Assembly (NCBI GenBank): GCA_963729715.1
Contig: CAVSPA010000016.1
Coordinates: 1 to 64,000, forward strand
DNA: 64,000 nucleotides
Origin: an uncultured delta proteobacterium
Lineage (GTDB): Bacteria > Desulfobacterota > Syntrophia > Syntrophales > UBA2185
Reading direction: 5' to 3'
This document shows positions 37,292-48,019 of the stretch, one piece after another. The translations under genes and the position numbers were made by a program. The notes beneath the pieces are model-generated. The model was not told where the DNA came from, did not search any database, and saw nothing but the letters and a program-made list of their open reading frames with translations. Numbering within the stretch: position 1 is the first letter of the stretch; every line of letters begins with the position of its first letter.

Positions 37292-38479
37292 CTACAGCAT
37301 CTCGAAGATGCCCGCTGCTCCCATTCCTCCCGCAATGCACATGGAAACTATGCCTCTTTTTCCCATGCGTCGCTTCAATTCATAGAGGAGCTGTGCCGTC
37401 AGCTTGCCGCCCGTGGCCCCGAGTGGATGCCCGAGGGCAATGGCGCCGCCGTTAGGATTGATATCACCTGCGGCCAGCCTGTCCTCAATCCCTACAACCT
37501 TTATAGAGTAAAGGGCCTGGCATGCGAAGGCCTCATTAATTTCGAAAACGTCAATGTCCTTCGTTGTCAATCCTGCCATCTTCAGAACCTTGGGTATCGC
37601 GAGGGCCGGCCCGATACCCATCTCTTCCGGCTTGCAGCCGGCAACAGCGAAGTGGGTCAGCCTCGCGATCGGCTTCAATCCGTATGCCCTTGCCTTTTCG
37701 TCGCTCATTAACAGGGTAAACCCGGCGCCGTCGGTCATCTGCGATGAATTACCCGCAGTAACGGAACCTCCCTGTTTGAAAGGCGACTTCAATCGTCCGA
37801 GATTCTCCATCGTAGTCGGCCATCTCACGCCGTCATCCATGTCAAATACGAACTGTTCCCTGACCCTCTTGCCGCTCTTTGATTTCGCATAGCGATAGGC
37901 GGTAATCGGAATGATCTCTTCTTTGAACTTGCCCGCCTTTATCGCCTCGTTCGCCTTGCGGTTGCTCTCCAGACCGAACCTGTCCTGTTCCTCGCGCGGC
38001 ACCTTGTAATTGGCGGCAACGTTCTCAGCAGTAATGCCCATGGACACATAGACGTTCGGCAGGTCTCCCCAGTCGGGATGAGGACGGTAAACGTTCCCTC
38101 CCATAGGGACGTGGGACATGCTCTCACAGCCCCCGGCGATGATCACGGACGACCAGCCCGCCCGGATCTTCGCTGTTGCATCGGCAATCGCCTGCAGCCC
38201 CGAAGAACAGAAACGGTTGATTGTCATAGCGGAGACGGTAACCGGAATGCCCGCTCCCATCGCTATGACCATTGCCAAGTTCATGCCCTGCTCTGCTTCC
38301 GGAAAGGCACACCCGCAAATTACGTCGTCCACGTCTTCCAGCTTCAGTTGCGGAACTCGCGCTATCAGTCCCTTCATCACCTGGATACCTATTTCATCAC
38401 TCCGGGTATACGCAAGCCCGCCTCTCTTGTAGCGACCGCCCGGGCTTCTCACAGATTCGACGATAACAGCATCACTCAT
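37292..38479 (-). CDS. fadA: Acetyl-CoA C-acyltransferase (thiolase)
   Basis: NRFCSSG, NEAFA, GHPLGATG, MCIAGGMG. Confidence 0.93.
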   Translation of the reverse strand: MSDAVIVESVRSPGGRYKRGGLAYTRSDEIGIQVMKGLIARVPQLKLEDVDDVICGCAFPEAEQGMNLAMVIAMGAGIPVTVSAMTINRFCSSGLQAIADATAKIRAGWSSVIIAGGCESMSHVPMGGNVYRPHPDWGDLPNVYVSMGITAENVAANYKVPREEQDRFGLESNRKANEAIKAGKFKEEIIPITAYRYAKSKSGKRVREQFVFDMDDGVRWPTTMENLGRLKSPFKQGGSVTAGNSSQMTDGAGFTLLMSDEKARAYGLKPIARLTHFAVAGCKPEEMGIGPALAIPKVLKMAGLTTKDIDVFEINEAFACQALYSIKVVGIEDRLAAGDINPNGGAIALGHPLGATGGKLTAQLLYELKRRMGKRGIVSMCIAGGMGAAGIFEML

Positions 38480-38552
38480 AATATTCCTCCTTCGTTAACG
38501 AAGCCGCTCAGCTAAACCCCGTTTCAGATTATTTAAGATGTCTTCCCTCTAA

Positions 38553-40970
38553 TCAGTTGCGCAAAGGCTTGCCCGTATTCAGCAAATGCATGATCCTGTC
38601 CTGCGTCTTTTGTTCGCCGCAGAGGCTCAAGAACGCCTCTCTTTCCAGGTTCAGGATTTCCTGTTCCGTAACGAGCGTGCCTTCCGCACAGTCGCCGCCG
38701 GAGAGGATATAGGCGAGTTTTCCGGCAATATGGACGTCATAGTCTGATATGAAATTCCCCTGTCTCATATTATATACAACGGAGCTGCACATGCCCCGCA
38801 GGTTCTCGCCCATGACTGGAATAAGCGCAGGCGCGGATTTCTTGTAGAATTTTGAGAGACCTAAGACCACCTGTTTCGCATCCCAGATCTGCTGATCCCT
38901 GTTCATGCTGATGTTATCCGTCTTCCTGACGTACCCCAGCTCCATGGCTTCGGCGGCGCTCGTCGCGACCTTTGCCATGGCTATATTTTCGAATGCCTTG
39001 GAATAGAAGTGCTGAAGGTTCAATCCCGCTTCAATGGTGCCGTCGGGAATCCCCTCGGTGACCCTCACCATTATTTCTTTGCAACCGCCTCCCGCCGGAA
39101 TCACACCGACGCCGACTTCTACAAGGCCTATATATGTTTCTCCACAAGGCTGACATTTTGCGGCGTGCATGGCGATCTCGCATCCCCCACCCAGGGCCAT
39201 GCCTGCAGGGGCCGTGACAACGGGCTTCCCGAGATACTTCATTCTCATGTTGGCATTCTGGAAATCCTCCACCATCTTCTCCAGAACGTCCCAGTCGCCT
39301 TTCTGGGCGCCCACAAGCACCATGAATACATTTGCCCCGACGGAGAAGTTCACGGCATGGTTGCCAACAACCATACCTGCAAAATCCTTTTCCACGATAT
39401 CGCAGCCCTCCATCATCATCTGCACGATGTACTGATCCACGGAATTCATCTTGGTATGGAATTCGAGACAAAGAACTCCGTCACCTATGTCAATGAGGCT
39501 TGCACCCGGATTCTGCTTCACAATTTTCTTTCTGTCCTTAAGGGCGGGGAGAACTATGATCTTCGCATTTTCCTTCAGCTTCACGTAACTCTTCGTTCCG
39601 AAATCATAGTAATAAAGCTCATCATTCTTTTTTGCGTAGAATGACTCAAAGCCGGCCTCAAGCATTTCCTCGATCTTCTTGGGCACCTGTTTACCCAGTT
39701 TCTTCATCACGTCAACCGCCACCCGGACGCCCACGGCATCCCAGGTCTCGAACGGGCCAAGCTCATGATTGTAACCCCATTTCATTGCATTGTCTATGGC
39801 CACGATGCTGTCGCAAATCTCCGGCACGCGGTTGGCGGCGTAGATAAAATTGTTGCAGAGGTATTCGCGGGCGAGATCCGCCGCCTTGTCCGTCCCGTTA
39901 AATACGGTCCTGATCATCTTGGGAACATCATCTTCCATCTTCTTCGCCTGCGAAATAGAATCAAACTTCGGTCTGGTCGCAGGCATGTACTCCATGGTGG
40001 TATAGTCGAGAACCAGTTTTTCCTTCTTGCCTTTGCCGCCCGGCGCCCGTTTATAAAACCCCTGCCTTGTCTTGTTCCCGAGCCATTTGCGTTCCATCAT
40101 CGCGTTCATGACATCCGAAGGAATAAACATATCCCGCATCTCGTCGTCGGGTACCGCGTCATAGAGGTTCTTCATGACGTGGTGGCCTGTGTCCAGACCC
40201 ACCAAGTCGAGGGTTCCAAAGATCGCCGAACCAGGTCTCCCCAGAGCCTTGCCTATGACTGCGTCGATTTCATCAATCCGCATCTTCTTTTCCGCCATCA
40301 ACCGCACGGCATTCGATATGTCGAAGACACCGATACGGTTTCCGACAAAATTAGGAACGTCCTTGCAGATCACAACACCCTTGCCCAGCACACGTTCGCA
40401 GAACTCCACCATGTAATCCACGATCTCTTTCTTCGTCTCCGCACCGGGAATGACCTCCAGGAGTCTCATATACCGGGGCGGATTGAAAAAATGCGTTCCC
40501 AGGAAATTCTTCTTCAGGCTTGGACCAAAATTAGCAGAAATGTCCTTGATGGGTATGCCCGACGTATTTGTTGTTACAATGCAGTTCGGCTTTACCACTT
40601 TCTCGACCTTTGCAAACAACTCCTGCTTTATCTTGAGGTTCTCGATGACAACCTCAATAACCCAATCCACATCAGAGAGCCATGTCAGATTGTCTTCGAA
40701 ATTTCCGACTTTAATCATTGAGGCGTTCTTCTTCGTATAGAAGGAAGCAGGTTTGGATTTCACGGCGGCACTTAGCCCGTTTGCAGCAAACCTGTTGCGC
40801 CACTCGGGACTCCTTTCGGTCAAACCCTTCAGCTTGTCAGCTTCCGTAAGCTCGAAGGGAATTATATCGAGCAACACACACCCGATCCCCGCATTGGTCA
40901 GATGCGCCGCTATGGAAGCACCCATGACCCCTGCGCCCAAAACTGCAGCTTTTTTAATATTGTAAGACAT
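38553..40970 (-). CDS. 3-hydroxyacyl-CoA dehydrogenase / enoyl-CoA hydratase fusion (FadN type)
   Basis: GAGVMG, TNTSG, HFFNPPRYM; C-terminal crotonase FSVGAN, LGGGCE, GLVEVGVG. Confidence 0.93.
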   Translation of the reverse strand: MSYNIKKAAVLGAGVMGASIAAHLTNAGIGCVLLDIIPFELTEADKLKGLTERSPEWRNRFAANGLSAAVKSKPASFYTKKNASMIKVGNFEDNLTWLSDVDWVIEVVIENLKIKQELFAKVEKVVKPNCIVTTNTSGIPIKDISANFGPSLKKNFLGTHFFNPPRYMRLLEVIPGAETKKEIVDYMVEFCERVLGKGVVICKDVPNFVGNRIGVFDISNAVRLMAEKKMRIDEIDAVIGKALGRPGSAIFGTLDLVGLDTGHHVMKNLYDAVPDDEMRDMFIPSDVMNAMMERKWLGNKTRQGFYKRAPGGKGKKEKLVLDYTTMEYMPATRPKFDSISQAKKMEDDVPKMIRTVFNGTDKAADLAREYLCNNFIYAANRVPEICDSIVAIDNAMKWGYNHELGPFETWDAVGVRVAVDVMKKLGKQVPKKIEEMLEAGFESFYAKKNDELYYYDFGTKSYVKLKENAKIIVLPALKDRKKIVKQNPGASLIDIGDGVLCLEFHTKMNSVDQYIVQMMMEGCDIVEKDFAGMVVGNHAVNFSVGANVFMVLVGAQKGDWDVLEKMVEDFQNANMRMKYLGKPVVTAPAGMALGGGCEIAMHAAKCQPCGETYIGLVEVGVGVIPAGGGCKEIMVRVTEGIPDGTIEAGLNLQHFYSKAFENIAMAKVATSAAEAMELGYVRKTDNISMNRDQQIWDAKQVVLGLSKFYKKSAPALIPVMGENLRGMCSSVVYNMRQGNFISDYDVHIAGKLAYILSGGDCAEGTLVTEQEILNLEREAFLSLCGEQKTQDRIMHLLNTGKPLRN

Positions 40971-40985
40971 GTTTCTCCTCCTTGC

Positions 40986-42851
40986 TTAATAGGTAAAAGA
41001 CTCTTCCGCCATTTCAATGGGAACTCTCTCGCCGAATTTGATGGCTTCGCACCTGGACTTTACGGTGGAAAGAACGTCGACTGCAAAAAACCGAGCAGCC
41101 GCATTCTTGCCGTAATAAAACGCAACATCAGGATCTTCGTGGACCAATGCACGCTTCTTCGCTTTTGATTCTTCCACACCTCTTTCCCTGTAAATTGCAT
41201 TCAGCTTCTCATCGGCAATGCCGGCAGCCTGCATCAGGAAATGCCCGATTACGACATCACCAAGAATCTCAAGGTATGGGGTCGCATTCAAAACCGGCAT
41301 GAGAAAACCCGCACTCTTCCCGAGCTGGGCAAAATGCATGGTGAGGTCGATCAGAGCATTGTAGGCCTCTTCCAGATAGGCGACATGTTTTCTGAGCTCT
41401 TCTATCCGTTTCAATTGCGATATAGATGCATTAATCTCACGGAACATATTCATGACGTCCGCACCTTTGCGCTGGCCAAGCTTCCTGCCAACCAGGTCGA
41501 GAGACTGAATACCGTTTGTCCCCTCATAGATGCTGGCTATTTTACAGTCCCTGAAGTACTGCTCGACCGGATACTCGGAACAGTAGCCGTAACCGCCATA
41601 GACATCGATGGCATAGGAGCAGATCAACTGCGCTTTTTCCGAAGAATATGCCTTGCAAACAGGTGTAAGAAGATCAACCAGTCCATGCCATTTCTCCCTC
41701 TCCTCTGCCGTTGTTGATACCCTTACCAGATCCATGCAGAACCAAGTGAAGTAGAGGAGTGCCCTCATGCCCTCTAAGTGGGCCTTCATCCAGAGAAGCT
41801 TTCTCCTAATGTCAGGATGCTGTATAATAGGGACGGCCTTAGCATCGGGATTTTTCATATCCCACACGGGCACCCCCTGGATCCTGTCCTTGGCGTATTG
41901 AACGGCATGTTCATATGCAGCCGTTGCATGACCAAGGCTTTGCATGCCCACGTCCATCCTCGATGCATTCATCATGAGGAACATTATTCTCATGCCCTGA
42001 CACGCTTTTCCGAGAAGTTCACCGACGCACTTCCCCTCGTCGCCAAAATTAAGAGTACAGGTTGCAGACCCCTTGATTCCCATCTTATGCTCCACATTGC
42101 CTGTCCGCACGTCGTTGAATTCGCCGAGAGTGCCGTCTTCCTTGACCCTGTATTTTGGAACGAGAAAAATGGAAATGCCCCTCGTTCCCGGAGGATCTCC
42201 TTCGATCCTGGCCAGGACAGGGTGGACTATATTTTCTACAAGGTCATGGTCACCGCAAGAGATAAATATCTTTGTGCCCGTAATGCTGAATGTTCCATCG
42301 GGCAGTCTCTTTGCAGATGTCCTCAAGGCGCCGACGTCGCTCCCCGCACCCGGTTCAGTTAAACACATCGTGCCTGTCCACTTGCCTGCATACATATTGT
42401 ACATGTATTTCTTCTTTTGTTCCTCTGTGCCGTACTGTTCAATCAAATGGGCAGCCCCGTGGGTGAGTCCTGTATAAGTAAGAAAGGCGTAATTGGCTGC
42501 AAACATAGACTCCAAGCAGGCTGATCTCACAACAAGCGGAAGCCCCTGACCTCCCACATCGGGGGATTCAGTCGAGCAGAGCCATCCGGCTTCAACATAT
42601 TTCTTATAAACATCATGAAAGCTTGCAGGTGCATAAACCTTCCCGTCTTTAAGGGTGCATCCTTCTTTGTCCCCAAGAGCGTATGCGGGAAGGAGGACAT
42701 TCACTGCCATCTTCTCCGCCTCACTATGCATCATTAGCACCATTTCCTTTGAAAAATCCGCATAATCGTCATATTCGAACAATTTTTCTATGCCCAGCTG
42801 CTCAAAGAGAACAAATTGCTGATCTCTCGCGTTACTTAGTAAATTGCTCAT
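40986..42851 (-). CDS. Acyl-CoA dehydrogenase
   Basis: MCLTEPGAGSD, GTKIFIS, KMGIKGS, GGYGY, IYEGTNGIQ. Confidence 0.95.
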   Translation of the reverse strand: MSNLLSNARDQQFVLFEQLGIEKLFEYDDYADFSKEMVLMMHSEAEKMAVNVLLPAYALGDKEGCTLKDGKVYAPASFHDVYKKYVEAGWLCSTESPDVGGQGLPLVVRSACLESMFAANYAFLTYTGLTHGAAHLIEQYGTEEQKKKYMYNMYAGKWTGTMCLTEPGAGSDVGALRTSAKRLPDGTFSITGTKIFISCGDHDLVENIVHPVLARIEGDPPGTRGISIFLVPKYRVKEDGTLGEFNDVRTGNVEHKMGIKGSATCTLNFGDEGKCVGELLGKACQGMRIMFLMMNASRMDVGMQSLGHATAAYEHAVQYAKDRIQGVPVWDMKNPDAKAVPIIQHPDIRRKLLWMKAHLEGMRALLYFTWFCMDLVRVSTTAEEREKWHGLVDLLTPVCKAYSSEKAQLICSYAIDVYGGYGYCSEYPVEQYFRDCKIASIYEGTNGIQSLDLVGRKLGQRKGADVMNMFREINASISQLKRIEELRKHVAYLEEAYNALIDLTMHFAQLGKSAGFLMPVLNATPYLEILGDVVIGHFLMQAAGIADEKLNAIYRERGVEESKAKKRALVHEDPDVAFYYGKNAAARFFAVDVLSTVKSRCEAIKFGERVPIEMAEESFTY

Positions 42852-42951
42852 AAGAAACCTCCCTTCAATTACATCCGTTTATATTTCTCGCAAAAAGTAC
42901 AGTAGCTCACTTCTGATACCGGCAAGAATAATCAAGCCCATAGGCTCCCGG

Positions 42952-43602
42952 TCAACTATTCTTTAGGCCTCTGATGAAGATGTCCATGCTCGCATTGACG
43001 GTCGACCTGATCAGGTCATCTCTCTTCGATTCTGACCCGACAAATATATATAATGAGATGATGCCGTTGAGCAGCCCCCAGAGGGCATTTCTGCATTGTC
43101 GCACGTTTATGGAAGGCGGAAATTCCCCCGTGTCAATTCCATACTGAAATATTTTCTCCATGAAGATAGTTTTATTGGTGGATTTAATGATATGGTTCTG
43201 CAGATCCTCTGGCAAATTGCTGTGGTTCGCATGGAGCATAAAGGTTATGAGGATCCTGAAGAGTTCCCTGTCCCGGAGGAAAAAGTCTACGTAAGTGGAT
43301 GAGAGGCGGCTGAGCATATCCGAGGCCTTGCCCCCGTCCTCAAATAGATCGGCTACCCTTTTGTGAAACTTGTCGATGTCGTTAAGAAGAATCTGACTGT
43401 ATATTTCTTCCTTACTCTTGAAATAAATGTAGACTGCGCCTTTGCTCAGTTCAGCCTTCCTGGCAATGCTTTCGACGGTCACGGACTTGAAGCCCTTCTC
43501 AAAAAACAGTTTCCTCGCCGCTTTGAGGATGGCGCTCTTCCTGTTTTCCTTCTCCCGACTTCTTCTTTTCTCAAATGCCAAGATGGTGGGACCTTCCTTC
43601 AT
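42952..43602 (-). CDS. TetR/AcrR-family regulator (start ATG 43602 or TTG 43581)
   Basis: ILKAARKLF.EKGF..VTVESIA..AELSKGAVY.YF.SKEEI. Confidence 0.9.
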   Translation of the reverse strand: MKEGPTILAFEKRRSREKENRKSAILKAARKLFFEKGFKSVTVESIARKAELSKGAVYIYFKSKEEIYSQILLNDIDKFHKRVADLFEDGGKASDMLSRLSSTYVDFFLRDRELFRILITFMLHANHSNLPEDLQNHIIKSTNKTIFMEKIFQYGIDTGEFPPSINVRQCRNALWGLLNGIISLYIFVGSESKRDDLIRSTVNASMDIFIRGLKNS

Positions 43603-43857
43603 GAAACTAAAAGAAAACTGCTTATGACGGTTGCCTGAGGCCTTGATTTGTATCCTTGATTTGTATAATGAACTGCAGTCATTATATGACTGCTGGTCAG
43701 CAATAACACCATAATCCAAGTGATGTCAAGAAAAATAAGCTAAAATAATTACCCATGGCCTCTCGAGAGGGCGTGCAAGGATGCCGCCATTTGATTTCAC
43801 ATTTGAATAACGGGACGGGCGACAGCAAGCACGGGAAGCGATGGTCTTCGGGTGAAT

Positions 43858-44610
43858 TCACCGACTCCGGGGAAATAATTTTGATGTCGTTATCCCGGCC
43901 TTTGCGAGACGAAATGTAAAAGCCGTCAAAAGACATTCAAGACCATACTTCATGCTCCGCCTGAAGTTGATCGAAGAAGCTTCCGCAAAGTATTTTGTGG
44001 GGCAGCTGACTTCGGCTATGGTATGTCCGAACCAGATGATCTGAGCCAGCATCTGATTGTCAAACACAAAATCGTCGGAATTTGCGTCTATCGGCAGCTC
44101 CTCCAACAGCTGCCGCGAAAAGGCCCGATAGCCTGTATGGTATTCAGAGAGCTTCGCACCCATGAGAATGTTTTCCGCAAGCGTCAAAAATCGATTGGCA
44201 ACATATTTCCAGGGCGGCATCCCGCCCTTCAGGGCATAACCTCCAAGTATCCTCGAACCCAAGACACAGGAATAGAGACCATTCCCGATCAAAGCTGCGA
44301 GAGCCGGAATCAGCATAGGCGTATACTGATAATCAGGATGCACCATGATGATAATATCGCCTCCCCTTTCAAGCGCCAGTCGATAACATGTCTTCTGATT
44401 TGCACCGTAACCCCGGTTGCAATCATGAACACACACCTCCACATTTGGGAGGCTCTTCGCAATTTCGGCAGTATCATCCTGGCTGGCATCATCGACAAGT
44501 ATAATCATATCCACGATTCCCTCGGCCATTACTTCGTTATAGGTTTTTTGGAGGGTCTGCGCAGCATTATATGCGGGCATGACAACTATGACTTTTTTCC
44601 CTTTAAACAT
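43858..44610 (-). CDS. GT2 glycosyltransferase, polyprenol-phosphate sugar synthase (DPM1-like)
   Basis: VMPAYN, VDDASQD, NRGYG, HPDYQY, GSR, GYRAF. Confidence 0.88.
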   Translation of the reverse strand: MFKGKKVIVVMPAYNAAQTLQKTYNEVMAEGIVDMIILVDDASQDDTAEIAKSLPNVEVCVHDCNRGYGANQKTCYRLALERGGDIIIMVHPDYQYTPMLIPALAALIGNGLYSCVLGSRILGGYALKGGMPPWKYVANRFLTLAENILMGAKLSEYHTGYRAFSRQLLEELPIDANSDDFVFDNQMLAQIIWFGHTIAEVSCPTKYFAEASSINFRRSMKYGLECLLTAFTFRLAKAGITTSKLFPRSR

Positions 44611-44726
44611 TGCGTTCTGGCCACCTTTAATATTTTGTGCAGGTTATGCTGACTACCAATCTTTCATCTGCCAGGATCTGCCGCTACCCGGCGCATAGTC
44701 GACACGGGAAATACTGCGATTTCATA

Positions 44727-46550
44727 TCAGCGATAAATGGCCTTCCCCTGGACAGACTTCAGATTATTAGCGGCAGCAGCATAAGAGGGATTGATTTTCA
44801 GTGCCTCTTGAAAATGTCCCATTGCCTCCTCAGTCCGCCCCACGCTTGCCAATGCCAGGCCCAGATTGTTATGGGTCACGGCGTTGTCGCTGTCAATTTT
44901 CAGGGCTTTTTCGTAATAGCCTATGGCTTCTTCCATCTTCCCCAGCCCGGCCAAAGCGCCGCCCATATTGCGGTTGGCGTATACATAGTCAGGTCTAATT
45001 CGCAAAGCCTCCTGAAAATGTAAAATCGCCTCATCAAACTTCCCTTTGCCGGCCAAAGCTACGCCCAGATTGTTGTGCGTTGTCTCATCATCTTCTTTTA
45101 TTTTCAATGCTTCATGATAATAAATTATCGCTTCATCTGTCTTCCCCTGCCCTGCCAGGGCAACACCCATATAAGAATAGGGCCCCGCGTATTCAGGCTC
45201 TAAGCTTATAGCATATTTAAATTGATAAATGGCCTCTTCATATTTCCCCAAGCCTGTCAAAGAGATTCCGAGATTGTAATGGGCACGGGAGTTCATTCCG
45301 GTCACCCGCAAGGCATGTTCGAAGAGCGTTACACTGTTCTGCCAGTAGTGAACCTGTACGACACTACAAATCATTAAACCCACGATCACTGCGCCTGATG
45401 ATATGGCGAAGATAATCTTCCGCCGCGGCAATCCCCGGAGGAGATCAGGAATGCCCCAGGCAATAATAATAAAAAGACCGATCATGGGAATATAGGCATA
45501 ACGGTCGGCCATAGCCTGCTTGCCCACCTGTATCAGCCCGATGACAGGCACAAGGGTTCCCAGATACCAGAGCCATCCCGTGAGTGCATACCGGTATTTG
45601 CGGATCCCAAGGACCGCAAGGCTGGATAGAACGAAGAGCAGCAAGACAGCTCCAATTATCGGCAACGCACCAAATTTCTTCGAATACGGATAAAAGACGG
45701 CGAGGTTCTCGGGCCAGAACATCATCCAGAGATATTTTGCATAGGATACTACTGCATTGGCCATGCGGTCTGGGAGAGGCAATTTATCAATGGAAATAGT
45801 TACGTCCCCGCGAAAGCTCGAGAGGAATGTCGCTATACCGACGACGGCTGCGAGAATGAAGAGCGGTATCTTTTCAAAGACGAGACGTGGAAACATCTTC
45901 CACCCAGTGAGACGTCCCAACGGCCAGTAATCCAAGAGCAGCAAAGTAAAGGGAAATGTGACAATCATCGGTTTGGACATTAATCCTAAGGAAAATGCCA
46001 TGAGGATGAGAAAGTACCTGTATCGCGTCGGACGCTCCAGGTAATAAGTATACGACCACATACCGGCAAACCAGAAGAACGTGCATAATACATTCTTCCG
46101 TTCCGAAATCCAGGCAACAGATTCCACATTCAGGGGATGAACAGCAAAGAGCGCTGCCACAAGCGCACTCTTCCATACAGCACCGCTCATGCGCTTCATT
46201 ACTATATAGAGCAGTATGGAATTCGCGATATGGAAGATCACGCTCGTCCAATGATGCCCGCCCACCCTCGAACCGAAGAACTGATAATCCAACATGTGCG
46301 AAACCCATGTCAGGGGATGCCAGTAGCCCGTATGGACATCTTGCAGCGCCCACGAAAGACTGCCCCACGTCAATCCGGCTTTGACATAAGGGTTTCCCGA
46401 TATATAGTCTATGTCATCGAGGGAAATGAGGCCGTAATGCTGCACCGGCCAGTATGCAACAAGAACAGCAACCGCAACCAAGATACATATGAATAGATCC
46501 TGATATTCGCTGAAATAATTATCTGCGTGTCCAGCCCTGGTTGACGGCAT
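44727..46550 (-). CDS. TMTC-like GT-C membrane protein with C-terminal TPR repeats (ORF extends upstream to 46673)
   Basis: LDD in the first loop, WHPLT, HPLNVESVAWISERK, SKP, ADRYAYIP, WQNSVTLF, then TPRs. Confidence 0.85.
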   Translation of the reverse strand: MPSTRAGHADNYFSEYQDLFICILVAVAVLVAYWPVQHYGLISLDDIDYISGNPYVKAGLTWGSLSWALQDVHTGYWHPLTWVSHMLDYQFFGSRVGGHHWTSVIFHIANSILLYIVMKRMSGAVWKSALVAALFAVHPLNVESVAWISERKNVLCTFFWFAGMWSYTYYLERPTRYRYFLILMAFSLGLMSKPMIVTFPFTLLLLDYWPLGRLTGWKMFPRLVFEKIPLFILAAVVGIATFLSSFRGDVTISIDKLPLPDRMANAVVSYAKYLWMMFWPENLAVFYPYSKKFGALPIIGAVLLLFVLSSLAVLGIRKYRYALTGWLWYLGTLVPVIGLIQVGKQAMADRYAYIPMIGLFIIIAWGIPDLLRGLPRRKIIFAISSGAVIVGLMICSVVQVHYWQNSVTLFEHALRVTGMNSRAHYNLGISLTGLGKYEEAIYQFKYAISLEPEYAGPYSYMGVALAGQGKTDEAIIYYHEALKIKEDDETTHNNLGVALAGKGKFDEAILHFQEALRIRPDYVYANRNMGGALAGLGKMEEAIGYYEKALKIDSDNAVTHNNLGLALASVGRTEEAMGHFQEALKINPSYAAAANNLKSVQGKAIYR

Positions 46551-46738
46551 CTCTATTCCACTACGGTTATTAATCCTGCCACCATATACTAAATTACGGG
46601 CACGATGGCGAGGGTTTTTGCTCTCTGCCTCCGTCCACGGCACAGTAGACGGAGCCGCAGGAACGATGTTCAAGGATCATAATCTTATGAATTTCGATTG
46701 TAAATCATGGATTGGATATGCTACATATCCAGTGCAAA

Positions 46739-46856
46739 TTGAATTCGGTAGCGAGCGCATCCTCCGCAGCTTGCTGCGGGGTAAGCGAGCGAATGACGAA
46801 CGATAGTGTTCCTTAAGAATCGAAGATTCTCCGCAGCTTGCTGCGGAGGGCTTCAA
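46739..46856. repeat. REP-like palindromic repeat, copy 2 (two hairpins)
   Basis: Two CCGCAGC-TT-GCTGCGG hairpins; bounded by TTGAA...TTCAA; homologous to 18028-18111. Confidence 0.75.
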
Positions 46857-46917
46857 ATTACCATTCTTTAATAACAGAGCCATTCCTAAGAGAAATCCCT
46901 GCGAGGATGGTTGCACT

Positions 46918-48015
46918 ATGCTGAACAATAAGACCGTTGCCGTTGTTATCCCTGCCTACAATGAAGAAAAACAGATCATTCACGTGATATCGACGATGCC
47001 GGATTTCGTAGATCGCATCATAGTGGTCAATGACTGTTCCACGGACAAGACCGCCGCAGCTGTTTCTGATTATATGACAAAACATGATACTTCCGCAGAA
47101 ACCGTGTTTAAGAGACATAGGCCCGCGCATACCAAGTATAACCAGGCGGAGGTCGTCCTTCATGAGATGGCGGAAAAAGAGATTGAATATTATATTCCTT
47201 CCGAAGTGGCAAACAGCAAACCCGAATCCGACAGGATCATACTCATTAACAATTTGATAAATGGCGGCGTAGGCGCCGCCATCGCAAGAGGATACAAATG
47301 GTGTCTTGACCATCAGATTTTTTGTACTGCCGTAATGGCCGGCGACGGACAAATGGATCCCGCGGAACTGGACTCCATCTGCCGTCCCGTGATTGATGAC
47401 GGCATCGACTACGTAAAAGGGAATCGCCTCATCCACCGGAGTGCATGGCTGGTCGTACCGAAGACAAGATATATCGGAAATGCCGTTCTTTCGATACTGA
47501 CAAAGATAGCCTCAGGATACTGGCACGTCTCAGATACCCAATGCGGATATACCGCCATTTCATTAAACGCCCTACAGGCCATCAGGATTCACGATATCTA
47601 TCGCACTTACGGCGTGCCGAATGATATCCTGGTCAAACTGAATATCGCTCACTGCACGGCCAAAGAGGTAGGCATCAAGCCCATCTATAACGTAGGCGAG
47701 CAATCAAAGATGAAGGTCTCCAAGGTTATTCCGAAAATCTCCTGGCTCTTGCTTAAATCATTCTTCAAGCGGCTGTGGATCAAGTACCTACTGAAAGATT
47801 TTCACCCACTTTTTCTATTGTATCATTTTGCCTTTTTGCTCGGCATCATCGCAATTCCCTACGCAATCAAAATCGCCGGCATCGTTCTTTTCACCACAGA
47901 TAGTGTGTCTCCGCTGACGATGCTGGCTTTTGCTTTTCTCTTTATCAGCTCTTTTCAGTCCCTCCTCTTTGCCATGTGGATGGACATTCAAGATAATGAA
48001 AGGTTGTATAAGTGA
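46918..48015 (+). CDS. GT2 glycosyltransferase with C-terminal TM helices
   Basis: [32 protein letters not shown]. Confidence 0.88.
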   Translation: MLNNKTVAVVIPAYNEEKQIIHVISTMPDFVDRIIVVNDCSTDKTAAAVSDYMTKHDTSAETVFKRHRPAHTKYNQAEVVLHEMAEKEIEYYIPSEVANSKPESDRIILINNLINGGVGAAIARGYKWCLDHQIFCTAVMAGDGQMDPAELDSICRPVIDDGIDYVKGNRLIHRSAWLVVPKTRYIGNAVLSILTKIASGYWHVSDTQCGYTAISLNALQAIRIHDIYRTYGVPNDILVKLNIAHCTAKEVGIKPIYNVGEQSKMKVSKVIPKISWLLLKSFFKRLWIKYLLKDFHPLFLLYHFAFLLGIIAIPYAIKIAGIVLFTTDSVSPLTMLAFAFLFISSFQSLLFAMWMDIQDNERLYK

Positions 48016-48019
48016 TGCT

